The position numbers and the translations under genes were made by a program. Shown here piece by piece: positions 26,640-32,000 of a stretch of DNA of 32,000 nucleotides (position 1 is the stretch's first letter; each line of letters begins with the position of its first letter). Origin of the DNA: Cupriavidus necator (GTDB lineage Bacteria > Pseudomonadota > Gammaproteobacteria > Burkholderiales > Burkholderiaceae); assembly GCF_016127575.1 (NCBI RefSeq), contig NZ_CP066018.1:3540001-3572000 (forward strand), in the 5' to 3' direction. The notes beneath the pieces were generated by a model, which was not told where the DNA came from, did no database searches, and worked only from the letters and a program-made list of their open reading frames with translations.

Positions 26640-26870
26640 ATGCATATCCTGATCACGGGCGCAGCAGGCTCCAGTACGTCAACGCTAGCGCACTCAGTCG
26701 GCTTCGCAACCCATGCGCGCGGTCTGGAATCGGACGATTTCTTTTGGCGTCCGACCGATCCTCTCTTTCAAGAGAAATTTGGCGCCGAGGAGCGAACGGT
26801 TGTTCTGTTGACCGCATGCCACAGGTTCTTCTGGCACACGGTGCCATCATTCACGCCGAGCACTTCTTGA
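26640..26870 (+). pseudogene. truncated P-loop NTPase/kinase-like gene (adenylate-kinase-like AAA family)
   Basis: MHILITGAAGSSTSTLA...ESDDFFWRPTDPLFQEKFGAEER matches the N-terminal ~60 residues of small P-loop kinases. Only 76 codons remain where about 170-180 are usual, and the tail is unrelated. Confidence 0.55.
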
Positions 26871-26879
26871 GGACTAACA

Positions 26880-27416
26880 ATGATCACAGGACACGTCTTC
26901 ATTGCCACCAGCCTCGACGGCTTTATCGCCCGGCCCGATGGCGACATCGGCTGGCTTCTGGAGCGGGATGACCCGGCCGAAGACCATGGCTATCCGGCCT
27001 TCATCGCCGACAAGGACGCGATCGTCATGGGCCGGGGCTGCTATGAAAAGGTCCTCACGATGGGCGAATGGGCTTACGACAGGCCAGTGCTGGTGCTGTC
27101 CCGAAAGCTGGCCGGCACGCCAGTGCCAGAGGGGCTACAGGGAAAGGTGCGTTTCTCGGATTGCACGCCCACGGAGACGATGTCGCAACTGGAGGCCGCA
27201 GGCATGCGCAGGGTATACGTCGATGGCGGCCAGTTGGTCCAGTCATTCCTGCGCGAGGGATTGATCGCCGACCTGGTCGTCACTACTGTGCCGGTGTTGA
27301 TCGGGGCAGGAAGATCATTGTTCGGAGCCCTGCCGCGGGACGTGAGTCTGGCGCTCGAGTCGAGCCGGCTGTTTCCGTCCGGCTTGGTGCAGTCGACCTA
27401 TCGCGTGCTGCGCTGA
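26880..27416 (+). CDS. dihydrofolate reductase family protein (RibD C-terminal domain)
   Basis: 178 aa. HVFIATSLDGFIARPDGDIGWL, DAIVMGRGCYE, RVYVDGGQLVQSFLREGLIADLVVTTVPVLIGAGRSLF. Confidence 0.85.
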   Translation: MITGHVFIATSLDGFIARPDGDIGWLLERDDPAEDHGYPAFIADKDAIVMGRGCYEKVLTMGEWAYDRPVLVLSRKLAGTPVPEGLQGKVRFSDCTPTETMSQLEAAGMRRVYVDGGQLVQSFLREGLIADLVVTTVPVLIGAGRSLFGALPRDVSLALESSRLFPSGLVQSTYRVLR

Positions 27417-27424
27417 TTTGAGCG

Positions 27425-27664
27425 TCAGGTGCGAATCAAGACCTGAACTACGAAGGCGACGGGTCGCTCCTGGGAATCCTTTTCCGGGAACTCGACAATG
27501 ACGAGCCGATGCGGCTGCTAGTCGCCTTCGAGAACCTTGGTTCGACCACCGCGGCCTAAATATCTTCCACCGTAGCGCGCCTCAGTAGCCGGGACTTCTC
27601 GTTTGAACTCTTCAAAAAGGGCCGGGTCTCTGATATCGACATCGGCAATCAGGTATGCAGACAT
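27425..27664 (-). pseudogene. DUF1330 domain gene with premature amber codon
   Basis: The ATG at 27664 is preceded by AAGGAG. MSAYLIADVDIRDPALFEEFKREVPATEARYGGRYLGRGGRTKVLEGD ends at a TAG (27520-27518), where family members have Trp. The same frame continues QPHRLVIVEFPEKDS..., consistent with the family up to EFP and then diverging. Confidence 0.7.
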
Positions 27665-27816
27665 GGTGCGCTCCTTTCCGCGGTAGTCCAACGGCCCATT
27701 GTCATTGCATGATTGCAGGCGGCGCTGCCTTGAAGTCGAGGGATGGCCATGCCACTGGGCATAACCGCCCAGCGGCCTTCCGACCTCCGCACGCCCAATG
27801 TCCTGCGTGTCAAGGC

Positions 27817-28284
27817 TCATTTCCTGACGACGATATCCGCCTTCGTCTTGCCGACAATATCAAACAATTCCTTTTGCTCAGCAGCCGGAACCTTGAACTT
27901 GTTCAGGGACTTCTTGAACTCCTCGGCCATCACGTCCCACTCTCGCTCGCTGATGTTCAGATGAGCATGCGACTCCTTCATCGGCTTTCCGGTGTACTTG
28001 CATGGTCCCCCGCTTGCCTCACAGACCAATTGTGCAACCTGGAACTTAAGATAGGGTGGCGGAGAACTCTTTCGGCCGGCGTTGATGGCAGGATTCCTGT
28101 TTAGTGTCTTATTCGTGACGAGCCTGTCGATAAAGTCGTCGACCACGATCGTGATCCCCTTCAGCCCCCCTAATCGATCATAAAGTGATGCCTGTGCGCC
28201 GACCTGTTGCGCCAATACTGCCGGGCCAAAGCAAGCGCAAAGTGCGAACGAGATAACGAGTAATGCTCTCGAGAAGAGTCTCAT
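27817..28284 (-). CDS. glbN: group 1 truncated haemoglobin with N-terminal signal peptide
   Basis: The ATG at 28284 is preceded by GGAGGAGGAA. MRLFSRALLVISFALCACFGPAVLAQQ looks like a Sec signal peptide. The trHbN core follows: SLYDRLGGLKGITIVVDDFIDRL...VCEASGGPCKYTGKPMKESHAHLNISEREWDVMAEEF. Confidence 0.85.
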   Translation of the reverse strand: MRLFSRALLVISFALCACFGPAVLAQQVGAQASLYDRLGGLKGITIVVDDFIDRLVTNKTLNRNPAINAGRKSSPPPYLKFQVAQLVCEASGGPCKYTGKPMKESHAHLNISEREWDVMAEEFKKSLNKFKVPAAEQKELFDIVGKTKADIVVRK

Positions 28285-28355
28285 TTCCTCCTCCAGTAGT
28301 TCCGGGCCAACAAGCCCTTTGAAGGGAAATCTAGTGCAAACGAGCTGGTCGGTCT

Positions 28356-28369
28356 GTGCGGGATCGCAC
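28356..28369. promoter_or_regulatory. palindrome GTGCG-GGAT-CGCAC upstream of glbN (candidate operator)
   Basis: 5-bp perfect arms about 72-85 nt upstream of the glbN start, in the 118-bp crp-glbN spacer. Confidence 0.2.
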
Positions 28370-28402
28370 GCCGTGCGGTACACCCAACTCCTCACGCGAC
28401 GA

Positions 28403-29080
28403 TCAGCGGCATTGCGGCCGACGTGATCGTGCGGCATTTTTTCGTTGAATCTCGGAGAGGACAATTTGGATCCCGTCGCGCACAATCAGGCCCTCCTGTT
28501 CCATCTGTGCCAGCGCGCGATACAAGGTTTCATGCGCGATCCCAAGCGTGCCCGCCCATTGCATGAGCGTTCCGGGCGGTGTGAACCGTCCGTAAGCATC
28601 GTGCTCGAGCTGCAGACAATGCAGGATGCGGTCGCGCGGCGAGCGTAGCGTCAGGCGTTCCTCGCGTGCACGGCTGCGCATGAGTTGCCGCGACAGGAGC
28701 CGTACCCATTCCACCGCGAACGATGGATCGCCCTGCAGACACGCGAGCAACGTCCTCGCAGGAAAGGCAAACAATTCGCTCGCTCTCCCGCAAAATGCGT
28801 CGCAGTGGTAGTGGGAGCTGAAGAGGCTTGCTTCGGCCACGAAATCGCCGGGGCCTGCAGTCTGCAGCGTGAGGGGTTCGCCGTCCGCTCCGTCACGTCG
28901 CAATAGCACCTGCCCTGTCTGCACCTGGTAGATCGACTCGACCCGCTGTCCGCGATTGAATACGTACGTGTCAGGATCGTACCGGCGCAAGCGAGCCGAT
29001 TCGCGCAGCGCGGCAGGCCACGCCGGCAGGGCCGCCACCGCCGGAGCGGGGGACGAATCTGGCAAATCGTCGACTGGCAT
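28403..29080 (-). CDS. Crp/Fnr family transcriptional regulator
   Basis: cNMP-binding-like beta-roll (YVFNRGQRVESIYQVQTGQVLLRR...GPGDFVAEASLF) and C-terminal HTH (TLMQWAGTLGIAHETLYRALAQMEQEGLI). No N-terminal Fnr-type Cys cluster is seen. Confidence 0.85.
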   Translation of the reverse strand: MPVDDLPDSSPAPAVAALPAWPAALRESARLRRYDPDTYVFNRGQRVESIYQVQTGQVLLRRDGADGEPLTLQTAGPGDFVAEASLFSSHYHCDAFCGRASELFAFPARTLLACLQGDPSFAVEWVRLLSRQLMRSRAREERLTLRSPRDRILHCLQLEHDAYGRFTPPGTLMQWAGTLGIAHETLYRALAQMEQEGLIVRDGIQIVLSEIQRKNAARSRRPQCR

Positions 29081-29098
29081 CCTGGTCGTATGCGCGGC

Positions 29099-29647
29099 TT
29101 ATTCCGCTGTCGAGGCGTTCGCCGGACGATGATGCATCATGCCAGGGGCGTGCCCTGCCATCGCGTCGTGGCCATGATCGGACAATTGGGCATCGAACCA
29201 GACGTGCAGCGCGGCGACGAGGCGAGGCTCGTCCGTGTGAAATTCGATTTCGCCTCCATCGGGCAAGTCGCGATAGTGGATCTTCAGTTCTCCCGGCTGT
29301 GCTGCACGCAGCGCGGCTAGGCCCGGCATACTGTTGCCGTGGATCTGCTCCGGCGCCTCGAAGTCACCCGCCGAGAACTGCCGAGCGATCGCGGTCAGAT
29401 GCCCGCGGATCAGCGTAACCTGCTTCGGGTCGTGATGCTTTGTGACGACCTGTTGGTTCCCACCGTCCGCCGTCTTCGTAAAGATGTGGGTCGTAGCCGC
29501 AAGGGTGAACGGCATCACCTCCGCGCCGTGTTGCCCAACGTCCTTCTGGCGCGCCGTGACTTCGGCGATGGCGGACGACGACAGCGCAGCGGCACCAAGC
29601 AGGATGGCGGTCGATGCCGCGATTACAGTGGCTGAATGGCGTTTCAT
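29099..29647 (-). CDS. secreted conserved protein of unknown function with His/Met-rich C-terminal tail
   Basis: Signal peptide MKRHSATVIAASTAILLGAAALSSSAIAE. Conserved-looking core MPFTLAATTHIFTKT...IHGNSMPGLAALRAA...ALHVWFDAQLSDHGHDAM. Tail GHAPGMMHHRP. The stop lies 18 nt upstream of the crp start. Confidence 0.7.
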   Translation of the reverse strand: MKRHSATVIAASTAILLGAAALSSSAIAEVTARQKDVGQHGAEVMPFTLAATTHIFTKTADGGNQQVVTKHHDPKQVTLIRGHLTAIARQFSAGDFEAPEQIHGNSMPGLAALRAAQPGELKIHYRDLPDGGEIEFHTDEPRLVAALHVWFDAQLSDHGHDAMAGHAPGMMHHRPANASTAE

Positions 29648-29702
29648 GGATCACTTCAATCGAAAGTATGCTCACAGTCTAGTGCCGGTATCCGGCTCGC
29701 TC

Positions 29703-29718
29703 TATGACTGAAATCATA
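29703..29718. promoter_or_regulatory. palindrome TATGA-N6-TCATA (CRP-like architecture) upstream of the 182-aa gene/crp operon
   Basis: Perfect 5-bp arms with a 6-bp spacer, about 56-71 nt upstream of the start codon at 29647. Confidence 0.25.
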
Positions 29719-29797
29719 CGCGGTGACACGCCGTTTGACCGAGCGGTGGTCGCGCGAAGTCAAAAAAACGGATACCCACCCGTCGGCTTCGCTCAAT

Positions 29798-29998
29798 CTA
29801 CCGGACATTCGACATTCTCCAACCCCAACGGAATTGGCGACCTTCAAGCGGCTCGCTTCCACGCCAGTACACGAATTGCGTGGAAGAAAGGCCAGAATAT
29901 GCCTCCTCGCGAAAGCGGTTGACGGCCTCCCGCTGCTGGAGATATTCGGCGGCCTTCGCGGGCAATGGCGGGCCATGCGTCAAGGCGGTATAAGACAT
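29798..29998 (-). CDS. hypothetical 66-aa ORF translationally coupled to the GDCCVxC gene
   Basis: Its ATG at 29998-29996 shares a base with the TGA of the upstream gene (TGATG). No family recognised, and the C-terminal half is Trp/Arg-rich and may be degenerate. Confidence 0.3.
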   Translation of the reverse strand: MSYTALTHGPPLPAKAAEYLQQREAVNRFREEAYSGLSSTQFVYWRGSEPLEGRQFRWGWRMSNVR

Positions 29999-30222
29999 CA
30001 CTCAAATCGCGACCGCTCACAACACTGTCCTTGCTGCACCTGCGGACATCGGACCGAGCCAAATGAGCAGAACACGCAGCAGTCTCCCGACTTGGGTTTC
30101 AGCAGCACTCTGCAATGCCGACACTCATAGAAGAACACGCACGCATCCATAGGCATGGTCTCCCGCTGCGCCCACCCGCAATGTGGACAGGTCACGACTG
30201 ATTCGAGGATGACGTCGTGCAT
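29998..30222 (-). CDS. GDCCVxC domain-containing small Cys-rich protein
   Basis: 74 aa containing CPHCGW, CRHC and the eponymous GDCCVFCSFG motif, 12 Cys in total. Confidence 0.8.
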   Translation of the reverse strand: MHDVILESVVTCPHCGWAQRETMPMDACVFFYECRHCRVLLKPKSGDCCVFCSFGSVRCPQVQQGQCCERSRFE

Positions 30223-30277
30223 CGCGCTATCGTCGTTGAAGATCAGACAGATCGCCCGCGCTTCCCGTCCACATGGC

Positions 30278-30753
30278 TCAGTGCTCCGAAGCGTCCATGA
30301 GACGCCGGTGAATCAGCCAGTCAACCGAGAGCGCCCCGCCCCCCCGTGCCAGCAGTACCAGCAGCATCGCCGCCCACTGGATATGCGTGGGCCATGCCAG
30401 CGGATAGACGAACAGCTGGATCACCGTGATCATGCCAAGCAGTATCAGCGCCACGGGGCGGGCTGCCAGGCCGAGCACCAGCAGTACTGGCGTTGTCAGC
30501 TCAACGGATACCGCCAGGTAGCGGCCAGTTCGGGCGGCAGTAGCGGCAGCCGGTATTCCCCCCGGAACAGTTCCACCGCCGTTGCCCAGTTCGCCAGCTT
30601 GGCCATGGCTGAATTCCAGAAGACGGTGGCAACCGCGAGCCGCAACGGAATGGCCAGGATTGTGTATGGCATGCGATCGAGCCAATCCACCACGCGTTGC
30701 GCGTGCGCGACTATCGTGAGGGGGGTGTGGGGAGGGGGCGTGGCGTGTGTCAT
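30278..30753 (-). pseudogene. DoxX family membrane protein gene with a single-base frameshift
   Basis: The N-terminal part (30496..30753) reads RLAVATVFWNSAMAKL...LFRGEYRLPLLPPELAA. It continues in another frame (30278..30685) as YLAVSVELTTPVLLVLGLAARPVALILLGM...GGGALSVDWLI. The junction is at about 30520-30523. Confidence 0.75.
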
Positions 30754-31034
30754 GGCGAGAGATCCAGAATGGGTAAGTCAGAGATCTGGGTCCGGCTAGC
30801 TGTCACCAGCATGGCGGTCACGTCATCCAGCATCGCTCCCAGCATGCCGCGCTGGACCTGGCCTGCCGGGTTCAGGAAGGCCGGCGTGGCGTGGTAGGCG
30901 GATTCCAGCGTTCCCGCTTTCAGGTCGACCGCACCGATTCTTCCACCAAGCAACGAGCAGATGGGGGGGGGCGGCACCTGTCCGCGCTGCATCCTGGCGA
31001 AGTAGTTGTCCAAGTTCATATCCAATGATGTCAT
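30750..31034 (-). CDS. PaaI/hotdog-fold thioesterase-like protein, apparently C-terminally truncated
   Basis: NPAGQVQRGMLGAMLDDVTAMLVTA resembles the PaaI-family active-site region. The 94 aa fall short of the roughly 130-140 usual. The stop forms an ATGA with the doxX start. Confidence 0.5.
   Translation of the reverse strand: MTSLDMNLDNYFARMQRGQVPPPPICSLLGGRIGAVDLKAGTLESAYHATPAFLNPAGQVQRGMLGAMLDDVTAMLVTASRTQISDLPILDLSP
30963..30971. repeat. G9 homopolymer (C9 on the coding strand, encodes PPPP)
   Basis: Read directly at 30963-30971, inside the thioesterase-like ORF. Confidence 0.9.
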
Positions 31035-31094
31035 TCCCAGTCCTCCCCCATCAGCAGTTCAGGTGCTTCTTCATCCCGAGCAGGGCCAGCGGCG

Positions 31095-31630
31095 TTATGC
31101 CGGCCAGCTTTCGCTCAACTCAGCGGCCTGCGTCTGCAGCGCATCCGGGTCGCCGGCCACGCGGTCAAGGAAGCCGCATGCCAGCATCTGCGCGGCATCG
31201 AGCTTATCGACGGCCAGCAGTACGCGTTTGGCGGTGGCCAGGCCGAGCCGAGACACGTAGCGCTCCAGCCCGCCGCGGTAGAACAGCAGCCCCAGCCGCG
31301 CCGCCGGCATGAACATGTCGACGCCATGCGCGCCAAGCCGGAAATCGCAGGCTAGCGCGAGATCGGTAGCGCCGCCGTACAGGCCGCCCTGGATCAAAGC
31401 GATGGTGACGGGCCGCGCCGCTTCCAGCGCGTTGGCCAGCGCTTCGAAGCGCTCGCCGGCGTCGCTACTGCCGACCTTTCCGATATTGAAGCCGCTGCAG
31501 AATGCAGGCCCCGAGTCTCGATGCGCAGCACCAGCACGTCGGGACGGGCATTGACGGCGGCGATCTGCTCGCGCATCAGGTCGAGGTCTTCCGGCTTCGC
31601 ATTCGCTTTGAGCGTAGGGCCGACATTCAC
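31095..31630 (-). pseudogene. enoyl-CoA hydratase/isomerase (crotonase) family gene with a frameshift; start uncertain
   Basis: The upstream frame reads ...ARPDVLVLRIETRG and the downstream frame reads PAFCSGFNIG...PVTIALIQGGLYGGATDLALACDFRLG...MPAARLGL. The frames join at the CGGGGCC run at about 31508-31513. Confidence 0.7.
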
Positions 31631-31783
31631 GAAGCATTCCTCAAACTCGGTTGGTCCCTTGTCTGCTGGAACATCTTCAGGCGTACGGAGCAGTCATTTT
31701 GAAACGGTCTCTTATCAATTTCCGCGCGTGATCCCACGTCCTGATGTGAAACCACTCTGTACCACCCGATCCTGGCAACGGTT

Positions 31784-31987
31784 TTAGCGATGTTTATATA
31801 GCAGTTCGTGCAGGACCCTTTTCTGCTGCGCGACAGGAGCGCGAAGTCCCCCTGTAAATAATGGATGACTCGTGATCTATAGGCTGCCGACACGCAAAGA
31901 GCGATGCCAAACATCTCTTGCTATTCCGATCTTAAATTCTTTTAGATTGGAATGACGCAGCATATATAAAAATCTGAACTCGTCCAT
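31784..31987 (-). pseudogene. degenerate GIY-YIG/T5orf172-like fragment
   Basis: MDEFRFLYMLRHSNLKEFKIGIARDV resembles the YxL...KIGxT motif. An in-frame TAG at 31879-31877 follows, then ...QQKRVLHELLYKHR. The surrounding DNA is AT-rich. Confidence 0.25.
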
Positions 31988-32000
31988 CGTTGATTCACTT

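Noticed and set aside
26188-26971. ORFs 26188..26640 (-) and 26402..26971 (+)
   Set aside because: Both have Arg/Ser/Pro-rich, non-protein-like translations. They overlap the better-supported kinase stub and the DHFR-family gene.
28210-28284. Possible lipoprotein lipobox (FALCAC) in the globin signal peptide
   Set aside because: Positions -1 to -3 do not fit the [LVI][ASTVI][GAS]C rule. An SPase I site after VLA is more plausible.
29648-29668. Possible FNR box (TTGAA-GTGA-TCCAT) next to the start of the 182-aa gene
   Set aside because: Only the first half-site resembles TTGAT. The second half matches 2 of 5, and the element overlaps the start codon.
1-32000. CRISPR arrays, rRNA or tRNA genes, integron attC sites
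   Set aside because: No regularly spaced direct repeats, no rRNA-like or cloverleaf-compatible segments, and no attC-type imperfect palindromes were seen on reading through the window.

Overview
High-G+C, Burkholderiales-like DNA (taxon is an inference from composition and gene content) in two parts.

(1) Positions 1 to about 21,940 hold an apparently intact Wzx/Wzy-dependent exopolysaccharide or O-antigen-type locus.
- A long minus-strand operon runs manC, initiating phosphoglycosyl transferase, wza, wzc, two GT2, two GT4, wzy, wzx, rmlA. Many junctions are tight or ATGA-overlapping.
- A beta-helix protein gene converges on its 3' end.
- Across an AT-rich control region of about 0.5 kb lies a divergent plus-strand operon: GlxA-type AraC regulator, 2OG-Fe(II) oxygenase, rmlB, rmlD, a roughly 175-bp frameshifted and truncated rmlA remnant, a low-G+C rmlC, manB/algC, and a 5' fragment of galE.

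(2) From about 21,940 to the window end lies a compositionally patchy, heavily decayed accessory region. Reading left to right it contains:
- small orphan ORFs behind an AT-rich repeat-laden leader;
- an AbiEii toxin gene split by an ISL3-family IS with a perfect 8-bp target duplication, and also frameshifted;
- the last ~65 codons of its DUF6088/AbiEi-like antitoxin, abutting a ~35-codon IS91-family transposase fragment;
- orphan and degraded ORFs, a truncated P-loop kinase, an intact RibD_C/DHFR-family gene, and a DUF1330 gene with an amber codon at a conserved Trp;
- a minus-strand block with a signal-peptide-bearing truncated haemoglobin, a Crp/Fnr regulator, a periplasmic His/Met-tailed protein and a GDCCVxC Cys-rich protein;
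- a frameshifted DoxX, a truncated PaaI-like thioesterase and a frameshifted crotonase;
- an AT-rich end with a degenerate GIY-YIG/T5orf172-like fragment.

I found no rRNA, tRNA or CRISPR. I see no clear, intact, obviously novel multi-gene system. The best candidates for follow-up are the periplasmic globin/Crp/His-rich module, the GDCCVxC pair, the rmlA relocation, and the orphan ORFs with their repeat-rich leader. All family assignments come from motif recognition by eye, not from database searches.
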